DNA of 59,219 bases from Holosporales bacterium (lineage in GTDB: Bacteria; Pseudomonadota; Alphaproteobacteria; RUG11792). The translations under genes were made by a program, and so were the position numbers. Under the pieces are notes generated by a model that worked only from the letters and a program-made list of their open reading frames with translations, was not told the origin of the DNA and did not search any database. Every line of letters starts with the position of its first letter. Position 1 is the first letter of the stretch. The DNA lies in NCBI GenBank assembly GCA_031282805.1, contig JAITDA010000015.1, forward strand, positions 1-59,219, read 5' to 3'. Shown in pieces: positions 28,283-38,972 of this stretch.

Positions 28283-29608
28283 TTAACGCTTTCCCCATTT
28301 TCCTGCAAATGACTGTATAGCCTTTGGATTTTGAAGCTTGGTCATCATGATTTTAACTTGCTCAAATTGTTTTATCAGCCTATTTACGTCAGCGACTTCT
28401 TGGGCACATCCGGCTGCAATACGTCTTCTTCTGCTAGAATTTAATACCTTGTAATCACGGCGTTCATCTTTTGTCATTGACCTAATGATTGCAATTTGCC
28501 TGTTGACTGTCTTGTCTGACATGCCGGAAGCATTTAATTGCTCCTTCAGTTTGCCGATACCGGGAATAAATTTTAAAAATCCACTAACACCACCAATTTT
28601 TTGCAACTGCATTAAGTATTTTTCCATACCGTTCAAGTCGAAGTTTTTTCCGATGGCAATATCTTTAACATCATCAATCATGTTTGCATCCATCGCATTT
28701 TCAATTAATCCAAGAACATCGCCTTTATCAAGAATTCGAGATGCTACACGGTCAGCGTGAAATTGTTCTATATCACCTATTTTTTCGCCAGTGCACATGT
28801 ACTTTATTGGACAGTTTGTGATAAATTTTGCGGATAAAGCCGCTCCCCCTCTCGCATCTCCATCGACCCTTGTTAATATCAAGCCACTAAGACTGAGAGA
28901 TTCATTAAATGCTCTTGCTGTATTAATTGCATCCTGTCCCATCATGCTGTCAATTACCAGGAAAATTTCGTTTGGAGAGACGATTTCTTTGATTTTTGCA
29001 ACCTCTGTCATCATTGTTTCGTCAAGATACAGCCTACCGGCGGTGTCATATATTGTAATGTCATACGATAGCCGTTTATTGATTGCCTTGCTGGCAATAG
29101 TAATTGGAGAATCAGTTTCCAAGTTAACATCAGCAAAGAAATCTATTGAATTGCTATTTGCTATTTTCCGCAGTTGATCAATTGCGGCCGGACGATACGT
29201 ATCCAAGGAAACCAAGAGGACATTTTTTTTGAATTTTGTTTTTAACAGATTTGCCAACTTGGCAGCAGTTGTAGTTTTTCCAGTCCCCTGTAACCCAACT
29301 ACAAGTACATTTGTTCCTTTTTTGTCGTACAATATTGGTTCACTACTTCCAAGTAAGTCCACCAACTCGTCATACACAGCTTTTATAATTGTTTGTTCAG
29401 GAGTTATTGTATTGATAATTTTTTTTCCAACTAATTTCTCCTTCAAATTTGTTGTGAATGCTTTTACAACACTAAGGGCAACATCTGCTTCTAAAAGCGA
29501 AATTCTAATTTCTCTTATTGTACTATCTACAGCATCTTCAGTTAGGATGCCGCGTCCTTTAAGTCCATTTATTATGGATGTTAGCTTTTTTGAGAGGGCG
29601 GAAAACAT
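28283..29608 (-). CDS. ffh: Signal recognition particle protein Ffh
   Basis: 441 aa. Motifs GLQGTGKTTTAAKLA, DTAGR, TRVDGDARGGAALS. Met-rich M domain. Confidence 0.95.
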   Translation of the reverse strand: MFSALSKKLTSIINGLKGRGILTEDAVDSTIREIRISLLEADVALSVVKAFTTNLKEKLVGKKIINTITPEQTIIKAVYDELVDLLGSSEPILYDKKGTNVLVVGLQGTGKTTTAAKLANLLKTKFKKNVLLVSLDTYRPAAIDQLRKIANSNSIDFFADVNLETDSPITIASKAINKRLSYDITIYDTAGRLYLDETMMTEVAKIKEIVSPNEIFLVIDSMMGQDAINTARAFNESLSLSGLILTRVDGDARGGAALSAKFITNCPIKYMCTGEKIGDIEQFHADRVASRILDKGDVLGLIENAMDANMIDDVKDIAIGKNFDLNGMEKYLMQLQKIGGVSGFLKFIPGIGKLKEQLNASGMSDKTVNRQIAIIRSMTKDERRDYKVLNSSRRRRIAAGCAQEVADVNRLIKQFEQVKIMMTKLQNPKAIQSFAGKWGKR

Positions 29609-29906
29609 GTTATGAAACGACTGTGAAACGATGTCTGCCAGTTAATGTAGCACGTGATTAAAATATATATCAAGGCAAATGGGGGAAAGTGTATCCCCAA
29701 AGTACAAGAAAATGTAAGTACCTAGCAGGCATAAATTCTGGATGTAAACTTGCGTATACAATTTTTACGTGTTAAGAATGCCATGTATTTGGAATTTTCA
29801 GAGTGAAATACCAAAATTATAATATTGATTACTGAGCAGTATTTAACTTGTATGCGCTTTGTGATACAATGTGGTGTGCATTGATCAGGTTAGAGTATAG
29901 ATTAAG

Positions 29907-31691
29907 ATGAAAAGATTGTTGAGTATCGCGATGTTGGGAGCCGTTTTTGTTACTGCCTTTGCGCAGTTCAATGTGTTTGCGGACGATAAGAAAACAGATA
30001 AAAACAAGGAAAAGGTTGTTGTCTTGTTTAAAGATGGAACGAAGATTTTAGAGCGAGAAATAAATAAGGATCTCGAAGAGATTCCAGATCAGCTATCGGC
30101 TAAGATGTCACTAGCCGAGATAAAGTCGTTTTTGGCGTGGAAGCATGGATATAATCGGGTGATGACAGAAGTGGCTAAGAAGTCTGGTATAGCTAATAAG
30201 AAGGAAGTCAAGCGGCAAATAGAGAAAAGGAGAATTACAGCAGCAGGATTCTTGTTGTTAGATGACGAGGCCAAAAAGCTAATGACGTTCGAAGCATTGA
30301 AATCGTACTATGATGAAGTGTGGAAAAAAAATTTTGAGGGAACGCAAGAGTTTTCGCTGACTGCCATCACAACAAACGATGAAAAGGTAGCAGATGACAT
30401 AAGAAAAAATGTGAAAGATGAAGCATCTCTGAAAAAGGCTTTAGCTACGCACTCTACAGTTGTTAAAAGTATGGAAATGGATTCGCGTCCTGAGGGGATA
30501 TTTCCACCTGAGATCAGAGACGCTATTTCAAAACAAGGAAAAAATTCCGTGGTTGGTCCTTTCAAGTTGAATGACGCATATATGCTTTTCTTCGTGAAAT
30601 CAATAGGTGATGCGAAAAAGCAGGAATTTAATGAAGAGTTTGCGGAACGATTCAAAAATAATGTTGCAATGAAGGAGTTCGCAAATAGATATACAAAAAC
30701 GTTGTTCAAAAAATACAACGTCAAGATTTTTGATTTGGATGGCAAAGAAGTTGATCCAGTTGAAGCTACAGCTGAACATGGTGGTGATAAAAAGGATGAT
30801 TCTGGCGAATTAGTTGCTAAGGATGATACTGTTCTTGCAAAGATGGATGGTGAAGAAATTACAGTTAAGAAACTTAAAGAGTTTTTTAAAGTTAAGTCGT
30901 TGGCAGATGAAACATTCAAATCTATGGCCCAACAGTTTAACATCTCCAATAAAAGGGTTGTATCATACGCTGTAAAATTGATGGTGGATGATGAACTTCT
31001 TGCAAAAGAAGTCAAATCATTGGATTATTGTAAGAATGAGCAGGTGAAAGAAAAATTGAAGGATATAGATGATATGGAAATTCAGCATGCGTACTTCAAA
31101 GCGAACATCAAGGTGAAACCTGATGATATCAAGCGTACGTATAACAACGCGATAAAATCGATACCGGATGATGTAAAGAATGACAACGAAATAGCCGTGA
31201 AATTGATATTTTTCACTAGGCAGGAGGATGCTTCTAAAAAGCTGAATACGATAAATGCTGGTGAAGAAAAATTTGGAGATATGTATAAAGAAAGGTCTGC
31301 AATAAAGGAAAAAGAGACAGCTGATCTTGGGTATATCAAGAGGCAAGGGACTGATCCTGGGCTCTGGGCACTGTTGGCTCGTACTGCTCCGGGGACTTGC
31401 TGCAAGGAAGTTGTTAATCTAGACGGTGGACAATTTGGCGTAAAAAACAAAAAATACGCAATAGTGTATGTTGCTAACAGAAGACCAGTAACTTTGCCGT
31501 CATTATCAAACGAGAACGAAAAGAAATATTTCGAGAGACTCGCCGAGAGAGAGAAAGCCGTCGAATTAGCGAAAAAACACTTAATTGCTAAAATTCGTTC
31601 AATTGAAGGTAGGGACATCGAAGAGCTGGATAGAAAGAATCCGGAATATATAACGCAAATGCTCTCTGTGCTTATCGGGTATGCAGGATAA
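29907..31691 (+). CDS. Periplasmic SurA/PpiD-family chaperone with a parvulin-like domain
   Basis: 594 aa. Signal peptide MKRLLSIAMLGAVFVTAFA-QF. Lys/Glu-rich helical chaperone regions. A parvulin-like segment around aa 440-520 (KLIFF...GDLGYIKR...). Family assignment is by overall architecture. Confidence 0.55.
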   Translation: MKRLLSIAMLGAVFVTAFAQFNVFADDKKTDKNKEKVVVLFKDGTKILEREINKDLEEIPDQLSAKMSLAEIKSFLAWKHGYNRVMTEVAKKSGIANKKEVKRQIEKRRITAAGFLLLDDEAKKLMTFEALKSYYDEVWKKNFEGTQEFSLTAITTNDEKVADDIRKNVKDEASLKKALATHSTVVKSMEMDSRPEGIFPPEIRDAISKQGKNSVVGPFKLNDAYMLFFVKSIGDAKKQEFNEEFAERFKNNVAMKEFANRYTKTLFKKYNVKIFDLDGKEVDPVEATAEHGGDKKDDSGELVAKDDTVLAKMDGEEITVKKLKEFFKVKSLADETFKSMAQQFNISNKRVVSYAVKLMVDDELLAKEVKSLDYCKNEQVKEKLKDIDDMEIQHAYFKANIKVKPDDIKRTYNNAIKSIPDDVKNDNEIAVKLIFFTRQEDASKKLNTINAGEEKFGDMYKERSAIKEKETADLGYIKRQGTDPGLWALLARTAPGTCCKEVVNLDGGQFGVKNKKYAIVYVANRRPVTLPSLSNENEKKYFERLAEREKAVELAKKHLIAKIRSIEGRDIEELDRKNPEYITQMLSVLIGYAG

Positions 31692-31709
31692 CAAAGCTTC
31701 AGATTTATC

Positions 31710-32387
31710 GTGATTAAAAAACCTAACTCCATAGAATTGTCGTCGGGAGGTGACGCGTTTTTGAACGACCTGGCTATTAGTCGGGTAATTTCTGCTCGTA
31801 CTGAAGGCCTTGTTGCTATTCTTGGTGGAAGTAGGATTCCTGCAGATTCGGTATACTATGAAAGTGCCTTCAGGTTGGCTACTTCTTTATCTAAAAACGG
31901 AATCTCAATCACAACCGGGGGCGGCCCAGGCATTATGGAGGCAGGAAATAAAGGGGCTCAATGTGTCAATAATGGTGAAACTTCGTCATATGGGCTCAAA
32001 GTTCGATACATAAAGGATGACGCAAATGAAAATCTTTTTCTGGACCAACATGGCGATTTTACATTTAATACGCTTTCCGTGAGAATGTTGACCCTAATAG
32101 GAAACAGCGACGCTATAGTATTTTTTCCCGGTGGATTTGGGACTTTTGAAGAGTTATTTTCCTTGCTCGTGAGGCTGGAAATCAATATGATTCAAAGAAT
32201 TCCGGTATACCTATTTGGTATGAAGTTTTGGCATGGGCTGTTGTCTTGGTTAAGTGAGTCAGTGTTAAAGGAAGGTACAATAATCGATGAGCATCTAAAG
32301 CTCTTTAAAATAGAGGATGATGTTGATACAATAGCGCATGCAATAGTCGATCATCTTGGTATGCAACGGAGTTCTAAGTGCAAGTAG
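31710..32387 (+). CDS. LOG family / TIGR00730 (nucleotide 5'-monophosphate phosphoribohydrolase-like)
   Basis: Motifs GGGPGIMEAGNKGA and PGGFGTFEELFS are the two family signatures. GTG start. Confidence 0.85.
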   Translation: MIKKPNSIELSSGGDAFLNDLAISRVISARTEGLVAILGGSRIPADSVYYESAFRLATSLSKNGISITTGGGPGIMEAGNKGAQCVNNGETSSYGLKVRYIKDDANENLFLDQHGDFTFNTLSVRMLTLIGNSDAIVFFPGGFGTFEELFSLLVRLEINMIQRIPVYLFGMKFWHGLLSWLSESVLKEGTIIDEHLKLFKIEDDVDTIAHAIVDHLGMQRSSKCK

Positions 32388-32414
32388 ATATCGATTCACT
32401 GTGAAGGAGTGAAA

Positions 32415-32888
32415 ATGCCGCGATTTGAAATAAATGAAGCTGTATTTGATAGATTGGCCGAAATCTTAAAAAGACATTCCCTGAGGGAGTTGGAGTACCA
32501 TGAGGGGAACGTGAAGATAAAGATCGTTGCAGCTGTTAGGCATGAGAACTTTTACATGCCAGCTTCCAACAATTTGCAAGTGGATACCACACAGAGCAAG
32601 ACTGAAACCGCGAGACTTGATGAAAAAAGCGACAATTATGCCGGTCACCCAGGAGCTATCACTTCTCCAATGGTTGGTACGTGCTACCTCTCTCCAGAGC
32701 CAGGAGCCAAGAATTTTGTTGCGGTTGGTGATATTGTTCACGAGGGGCAACCGATATTGATAGTTGAAGCGATGAAGGTAATGAATTTAATAAAGGCACC
32801 TAAATCTGGAAAGGTAATACATATAGCCGTCTCTAATGCCGCCCCAGTTGAATTTGGGCAATTGCTACTCGTTATTGAGCAAAGTTAA
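32415..32888 (+). CDS. accB: Biotin carboxyl carrier protein of acetyl-CoA carboxylase
   Basis: Biotinylation motif EAMKVMN. GAAGGAG lies 5 nt upstream of ATG 32415. The track ORF opens two codons earlier at GTG 32409. Confidence 0.9.
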   Translation: MPRFEINEAVFDRLAEILKRHSLRELEYHEGNVKIKIVAAVRHENFYMPASNNLQVDTTQSKTETARLDEKSDNYAGHPGAITSPMVGTCYLSPEPGAKNFVAVGDIVHEGQPILIVEAMKVMNLIKAPKSGKVIHIAVSNAAPVEFGQLLLVIEQS

Positions 32889-34228
32889 TGTTTAAAAAAA
32901 TACTCATAGCGAACAGAGGGGATATTGCTGTGAGAATTTTGAGAGCTTGTAAAGAAATGGGAATTAAGACGGTTGCCGTTCACTCCCTTGTTGATGAGTC
33001 GCTGATGCATGTCAAACTTGCTGATGAAAGTGTTTGTATTGGTCCAAACAATGCAAGAGACAGTTACCTTAATGTGTCTGCAATAATCAGTGCGGCTGAG
33101 CTTACCGGTGCTGATGCCATTCATCCAGGTGTTGGTTTTTTATCTGAGAATGGGAAATTTGCAGAAGTTGTTGCACTGCACGGGATGACGTTTATTGGGC
33201 CGAAACCTGAACATATTGCCATTATGGGTAATAAAATAACGGCTAAAAAAACTATGGAGGAACTTGGAATTCCAGTAGTAGATGGATCAAATGGTGATGT
33301 AAAAAGTATTGACGAAGCAACAAATTTTGCAAACGAGGCTGGATATCCAGTTCTTTTTAAGGCGGTTTCCGGTGGAGGAGGAAAAGGCATGAAAATCGCA
33401 AATTCTCCAAATGAGGTAGAAAATGCATTCAAGATGGCACGTTCCGAAGCAGAAGCAAATTTCGGAAATTGCAGTGTGTATCTCGAGAGATATCTCGTCA
33501 ATCCACGGCATATAGAAATTCAGATAATTGCAGATTTTTACGGGAATGTGATTCACCTCGGTGAAAGGGATTGCTCCATACAACGAAATCACCAAAAGTT
33601 GATGGAAGAATCACCATCAATTGCGTTACCACGGGAAAAACGGGATGAAATTGCTGAAAAGGTGAGTATTGCGATAAAAAAACTTGGGTATGTCGGGGTT
33701 GGAACACTAGAATTTCTGTATGAAAAAGGTGAATTCTTTTTCATGGAAATGAATACGAGATTACAGGTTGAGCACTGTGTTAGTGAAGAGATCACCGGAA
33801 TAGATATCGTGAAGGAACAGATAAAAATAGCAGCAGGAGAAAAACTGTCGATTAAGCAATCTGATATACATTTTTGTGGACATGCTATTGAGTTTAGGAT
33901 AAATGCAGAACATTCCGAAACATTTATGCCATCTCCAGGAAAGATTGTAGAGTTGTATTTTCCAGGAGGCAATGGAGTTAGAATAGATTCACATGTGTAT
34001 AGGAATTACGAGGTACCACAATACTATGACAGTTTAATTGCCAAAATAATAATTCATGCACCAAACAGAGAGGAGTGCCTGGCAAAAGCACAGTGCGCGT
34101 TTGATGAGCTAATTGTTGATGGCGTGTTCACAACAGCAGATTTACATAGAAAATTAATTAAAAATCAAGATATAATCAGTGGCAATTTTGATATCCACTG
34201 GTTAGAAAATAATCTAAGGAGATTATGA
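32888..34228 (+). CDS. accC: Biotin carboxylase
   Basis: 446 aa. Motifs KILIANRGDIAVRILRAC, GGGGKGM, EMNTRLQVEH. 1-nt overlap with the accB stop (TAATG). Confidence 0.95.
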   Translation: MFKKILIANRGDIAVRILRACKEMGIKTVAVHSLVDESLMHVKLADESVCIGPNNARDSYLNVSAIISAAELTGADAIHPGVGFLSENGKFAEVVALHGMTFIGPKPEHIAIMGNKITAKKTMEELGIPVVDGSNGDVKSIDEATNFANEAGYPVLFKAVSGGGGKGMKIANSPNEVENAFKMARSEAEANFGNCSVYLERYLVNPRHIEIQIIADFYGNVIHLGERDCSIQRNHQKLMEESPSIALPREKRDEIAEKVSIAIKKLGYVGVGTLEFLYEKGEFFFMEMNTRLQVEHCVSEEITGIDIVKEQIKIAAGEKLSIKQSDIHFCGHAIEFRINAEHSETFMPSPGKIVELYFPGGNGVRIDSHVYRNYEVPQYYDSLIAKIIIHAPNREECLAKAQCAFDELIVDGVFTTADLHRKLIKNQDIISGNFDIHWLENNLRRL

Positions 34229-34229
34229 A

Positions 34230-34985
34230 ATGAATGTCACTAAATCTGATACGCTATCTGAAATCGAATTTATAGACCATGGTTTTTTCGACAGAACTGG
34301 TGGAAATAGCGTCGGTAATTTTGAGTCACTTAACGTTGGTTTTGGAAAAGGAGATGATAATCAAGCCGTTTTGCAAAATCGTGAGAAGATCGCACAGCAT
34401 TTTGGACTTACTCTCTCTGATATAGTAATTTTGCAGCAAGTACACGGAGATAATGTTCACATTATCGATTCAAAAAATAAGAAAGATTACACATTTGTTG
34501 ATACTAAACAAGATACAGTTAATGAGGGAGATGCCATAATAACGAATGAGAAAGGTGTATTGATCGGAGTAACAACTGCAGATTGTGCTCCTGTGTTGGT
34601 TTGTGATAAAACACAAAAATACATAGCGGTAATCCACGCGGGATGGAAAGGAGCTGTTGGTGCAATAATTGAAAATACAATAAGTAAAATGAAATCTTTC
34701 GGTTGTAGAAACATGGTTGCTGCAATTGGCCCGTGTGTGCAAAAGAGGTACTTCGAGATAAAATTTGATGTTGCAAAATATATAAATAGTAAGTACATCT
34801 ACAGGAATGAAAGTAAAATATTATTTGATATGCCACTGTTGATTGTGGATAAGTTGATGACAGCTGGAGTTAAAGTGGTTTCCAAGATAAGTATTGACAC
34901 GACATCAAACGACAATTATTTTAGTTGTAGACGGCAGGGAGATTCGTATGGTGTCCAGTTTTCTGGGCTAATGATAAGGAAGTGA
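34230..34985 (+). CDS. pgeF: YfiH/PgeF (DUF152) laccase-domain / purine nucleoside phosphorylase-like protein
   Basis: 251 aa. Motifs QVHGDNVH, TADCAPVL, IHAGWKG. Confidence 0.85.
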   Translation: MNVTKSDTLSEIEFIDHGFFDRTGGNSVGNFESLNVGFGKGDDNQAVLQNREKIAQHFGLTLSDIVILQQVHGDNVHIIDSKNKKDYTFVDTKQDTVNEGDAIITNEKGVLIGVTTADCAPVLVCDKTQKYIAVIHAGWKGAVGAIIENTISKMKSFGCRNMVAAIGPCVQKRYFEIKFDVAKYINSKYIYRNESKILFDMPLLIVDKLMTAGVKVVSKISIDTTSNDNYFSCRRQGDSYGVQFSGLMIRK

Positions 34986-34988
34986 TGT

Positions 34989-35300
34989 ATGAATAATATG
35001 CAACAAATTTTGGCAAGGGCGCAAAAATTACAGGCAAAGGTTTCTGAGACACAAAAACAGCTTGAAAAAGAAATCGTAACGGGCACATCAGGCTCTGGAA
35101 TGGTGAATATCACAATGACTGTGAAGGGGAATGTTCAATCGATATCAATTGATAAAAAAGTAATTTCGCCAGAAGAGAAAGAATTATTGGAAGACTTAAT
35201 TATTGCTGCATTAAATGATGCAAAAACACAGGCCGACAGGATCTACGAGGACGGCATGAAAGATATCACAGGAGGAGTTCAAATCCCAGGGTTGTTTTGA
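34989..35300 (+). CDS. ybaB: Nucleoid-associated protein YbaB/EbfC
   Basis: 103 aa. Motifs MQQILARAQKLQAKV...GTSGSGMVNITM.G......ID and LLEDLIIAALNDA. Confidence 0.9.
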   Translation: MNNMQQILARAQKLQAKVSETQKQLEKEIVTGTSGSGMVNITMTVKGNVQSISIDKKVISPEEKELLEDLIIAALNDAKTQADRIYEDGMKDITGGVQIPGLF

Positions 35301-35318
35301 AAAGTTGAAAAGACTCCA

Positions 35319-36188
35319 CTAGTTCAACATATCTTTTGGATTGAAACTTAGTTCCAGATTTTTCCATTCGTTGTACTTTTCTTTTGGAAGCGGAAGCGGA
35401 CTGCACTCTAAAACTGCCCTGTGTGCGTTCTCGGCAGCTATTTTGAAATCTGGATCACTGTTCATCCTATCGGTATCTACAATTTCCGCTTTTGTGACAT
35501 TACCGCTTTGGTCAAGTTCCATCTTTATGTCAACCACCAAATCTTCAGCACTTTTCAATCCAGCAGGAAAATGCCAGCATTTTCGTATCGTTTGCCTAAT
35601 TAAATCGATTTGAGTAGCAGTTAATACATCTCCCACCTCTTCAGCCTTAATGCCACTATTTTCATTATCATCAGTAGCAGCAGCGTCATCTAGTATACTA
35701 CTAAAAGATTTCTTTGCAGCTTTAGGATCCACCTTATTTTTTCTCTTGTCCCTTTTCAAATTGACAACTGCCTTTTCTTTCGTTTGGGATTTGCTGCTTG
35801 ATTTCCAATCTTCCTTCTTGTGTTTTTTAGTTTTTGGTGGCTTTTGTGTTTGCTTCTTCCTTTTTTCCTTTACTACGACTTTTGGAGTTTCTCCATCATC
35901 AGTATCACTTCTGTTCGTTACCTCTTCTTTCGATTCTGGTAAATTCGCTGGACTCTGCATACTAGTATCTGGTGCTTCATCTGAAGCATTCGACTTCGTT
36001 TTGCTCAACTTCCCCTCTTGGTTTGAAAGAACAGGAGCCTTACTCTTGTCTCCCAGCTCAACAAAATCGAAAACAGCATATCCAGAATCTTTTATTTTTG
36101 ATGAAAAAATTCTACCAACATCTGCATAGAGGAGCAAAACTACCACGACATGCAGAATGAATGAGACTAGTAGCGGTTTTTTGTTCAT
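35319..36188 (-). CDS. tolA: TolA-like envelope protein (N-terminal TM, Lys/Pro/Glu-rich linker, TolA/TonB-type C-terminal domain)
   Basis: 289 aa. Sits immediately after tolR with a 1-nt overlap. C-terminal IRKCWHFPAGL...VDIKMELDQSGNV fits TolA_C/TonB_C. Confidence 0.65.
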   Translation of the reverse strand: MNKKPLLVSFILHVVVVLLLYADVGRIFSSKIKDSGYAVFDFVELGDKSKAPVLSNQEGKLSKTKSNASDEAPDTSMQSPANLPESKEEVTNRSDTDDGETPKVVVKEKRKKQTQKPPKTKKHKKEDWKSSSKSQTKEKAVVNLKRDKRKNKVDPKAAKKSFSSILDDAAATDDNENSGIKAEEVGDVLTATQIDLIRQTIRKCWHFPAGLKSAEDLVVDIKMELDQSGNVTKAEIVDTDRMNSDPDFKIAAENAHRAVLECSPLPLPKEKYNEWKNLELSFNPKDMLN

Positions 36189-36688
36189 TACACACCTTTT
36201 TTGTCAACCTTCTTTCTTCCAGAAAACCCATTCGATTTATCCTTCAAACTACTGTTTAGCGAAGAAATATGATTTGTTGAGTCAACTTCAGAAATCAGGG
36301 AAACCTTACAAGCACCAGCTGAAGAGATGAACCCCATTATCTTCATAATGACTCCGTATTGGAGGTCTTTGTCACCTCTGATGTACACAGTGTCACTTTT
36401 CCCATTTTCTAAAATCATTGGCAGTTTTTGAATTAATTCATCCAACGTAACATTTGCTTCCTCAATATAAATTTGAGAATCCTTGTCAATAGACACAATA
36501 ACAGGAGCATTTTTCGTTTCAGCTAGCGATGCTGCTTTTGTTTGTGGGAGATCAACTTGTACACCAACGTTAAGCATCGGAGCAGTTATCATGAATATTA
36601 TGATCACGACGAGCATAACCTCAACGAGCGGGGCTATATTGATATAAACCTGTACCTTTTGCCGCCTACTGCCGTTCCTAACGTTCAT
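36188..36688 (-). CDS. tolR: TolR/ExbD biopolymer transport protein
   Basis: INIAPLVEVMLVVIIIFMITAP is the ExbD/TolR TM signature. I prefer ATG 36688 (166 aa), which overlaps the tolQ end by 11 nt. The longest ORF starts at 36727. Confidence 0.8.
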   Translation of the reverse strand: MNVRNGSRRQKVQVYINIAPLVEVMLVVIIIFMITAPMLNVGVQVDLPQTKAASLAETKNAPVIVSIDKDSQIYIEEANVTLDELIQKLPMILENGKSDTVYIRGDKDLQYGVIMKIMGFISSAGACKVSLISEVDSTNHISSLNSSLKDKSNGFSGRKKVDKKGV

Positions 36689-37460
36689 CAAATTGCCTCG
36701 AAACAATTGAGCAAAACTCCTCCGCAAATGTCTCTAGCCTATTTATATACCTGTTCGTATCGTTCATCAATTTATTGTATCCTACAGCTGCTGGAATTGC
36801 AGCAACGATACCAAGCGCTGTAGTAAATAATGCTTCTGATATAATTGGCGCAACAACGGCTATGCTAGCATTCTGTTGAATAGCAATTGCCTTGAAGCCA
36901 TTCAAGATGCCAAGAACGGTTCCAAAAAGCCCAATAATGACACCATTTGTTCCCAACGAAGAGAGAAAACCAAGGCCCTTCTCTAATTCATCAACCTCTT
37001 TCCTTATTGCAATTTGCGCTGCCCTATCAATTCGTCTTTCAAGTAGTTTTGTCGCTGACGAATCACTTGACTGAGCGCTCTTCAAAAATCTCCCCCATTC
37101 AGCCATCGCTGCGCAAAAAATATTGACCATCGGGTTGAAGGCATCATCCCTTAACTCCTTATATAGAGTTTCCAACGGAACGCCAGACCAAAATTGGTCA
37201 TCAAATTCATCTGTATCCAGCGCAAGCTTTTTCATTTTCAGATGCTTGCCAATTATGAGTGTCCAAGACCAAATAGATGCCGCCAATAAAACCAGTACAA
37301 CAACCTTTATTACAAAACCAGCATTCCAAAACATTGCAAACACTGACGAATCGTGAACTGTGGCTACCATGTTGGTTGCTCCACTGGTTGTAAGTATATC
37401 CTGCGTCGGCAGATTATTCACTATATCAGAGGCTACACTTGACGCCGGAGAACTTTCCAT
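36678..37460 (-). CDS. tolQ: TolQ/ExbB (MotA/TolQ/ExbB proton channel)
   Basis: Motifs GLFGTVLGILNGF and EALFTTALGIVAAIPAAVGYN. ATG 37460 gives 260 aa. A GTG at 37481 would add 7 aa. Confidence 0.85.
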   Translation of the reverse strand: MESSPASSVASDIVNNLPTQDILTTSGATNMVATVHDSSVFAMFWNAGFVIKVVVLVLLAASIWSWTLIIGKHLKMKKLALDTDEFDDQFWSGVPLETLYKELRDDAFNPMVNIFCAAMAEWGRFLKSAQSSDSSATKLLERRIDRAAQIAIRKEVDELEKGLGFLSSLGTNGVIIGLFGTVLGILNGFKAIAIQQNASIAVVAPIISEALFTTALGIVAAIPAAVGYNKLMNDTNRYINRLETFAEEFCSIVSRQFDER

Positions 37461-38076
37461 ATTGTCTTGAATAAAAAACACCCATCATCACACCATTATA
37501 GTATAATCCATAACTGAATAAAACCAGATATTACTTGTCTACTTAAAGATTTATTAATCCATTCGTAACGCAAGTTCATTTGACGAATAATTTAGTGTAC
37601 CAACGTATATGAAGATGCCATTGCATGAAGATCACGAAAAAATGCCAAAGAATGGTGAAACAATGGAGTAAGTAGCGAGAATGTGGGTAGGTAGGCCGTT
37701 ACAAAGTCAACAACAGTTGGCAGAACGCAATTCCAAGCTAGAAATCGCCACCAGGAACTCATTTGACATTCCCTCACTAGAATATGCTGCCCATTTTTTC
37801 CTGATGTGCAAAGGCTCATTGATTGATATTGGCAACAACGGTGTTGGGCTTGTTACTAACGACAGATGAAATATGATGTAGACAATTAAGGGTATGAGAG
37901 CTAGAAACACAAATCCACAATATTAATGAACGATAGATTAACGCATATCGTCCTCAGCATTGAAAACCACGAAGACCATGATTGGTGTTAAAGTACATCA
38001 ACTTAGGAACATCCAGCAGGAACTGCTAACAGTTGAGAGGTAGACTGAGATACTTTGAATCCACAGCCACATTCAT

Positions 38077-38325
38077 ATGGCTCAGAACCTAAAATGAGAT
38101 TGGATAGAGAAAGAGCGCAACAAACTAAGGAATAAAACGACTTATTTGATAGCAAGACTTCGTAGTCAAGAGACTATAGATCAACGGAACGGACTGAGAA
38201 AATTGGAGAAGTTGATGTATGACATTGCAGCCAGTTTAGCAACGGAAGCATCCAGATATGATTGGGATCATCTTTCAGAAAGAGCTCAACACCTGGATGA
38301 CGAGCTGTACAAAGTAACCCATTAG
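38077..38325 (+). pseudogene. Possible fossil of a coiled-coil protein gene
   Basis: ATG 38077 (MAQNLK), in-frame TGA at 38095-38097, then a 76-codon open frame (DWIEKERNKLRNK...LEKLMYDIAASLATEASRYDWDHLSERAQHLDDELYKVTH). Further heptad-like fragments lie in other frames at 37926-38060. Confidence 0.3.
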
Positions 38326-38582
38326 TGGAATAGGCTGACTAACGATCAAAAAGTGAGGAAAAAAATGCATTATGTTATATTTGCGGTAATCTTATTTTAA
38401 GTAATTGACTTTTACTCAATATCAAATAATCTCTCCCTTTCAGCAAATATATTGTGTAATTGCTTTTTTTAGCCAATGTATGACTACCTTTCTACAAATC
38501 AACGAAGAACATTTAACTAGTTTAAAACTTCAAAAGCCTGTGCTAGACTTGCAGTGTGTACACCAAAAGGATCTTTTGGAAA

Positions 38583-38972
38583 ATGGCAAGAGTTACAGTT
38601 GAAGATTGTATTGAGAAAGTTGAAAATAGATTTGAATTAATTTTGATGGCAACTAGGAGGGCAAAGGATATTGAAAGGGGTGCACAGCCATCGGTTCCAA
38701 AGGACAACGATAAGGCAACAATCATCGCGCTTAGAGAAATCGCTGAAGAGGCTCTCTCTCTCGATGGTCTAAAGGAATTAACTAAGCGTGGGTTGCTTGA
38801 TGAAAACAGAGGGGTCATTGACGCAAATCACCAAGACAATACAGTTAATCTTTTTGCAGAGGAACTTGAAGATGAGGAAGAATATATAGACCTGGATGAA
38901 GAAGACTTGGCTGCATTAAAAGATTTGGATACAGTTCTTGATGAAGACGAGTCCGGCAAGGCAGATGATTAG
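38583..38972 (+). CDS. rpoZ: DNA-directed RNA polymerase subunit omega
   Basis: [30 protein letters not shown] is a canonical omega N-terminus. Acidic C-terminal tail. The track ORF opens at GTG 38556. Confidence 0.9.
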   Translation: MARVTVEDCIEKVENRFELILMATRRAKDIERGAQPSVPKDNDKATIIALREIAEEALSLDGLKELTKRGLLDENRGVIDANHQDNTVNLFAEELEDEEEYIDLDEEDLAALKDLDTVLDEDESGKADD

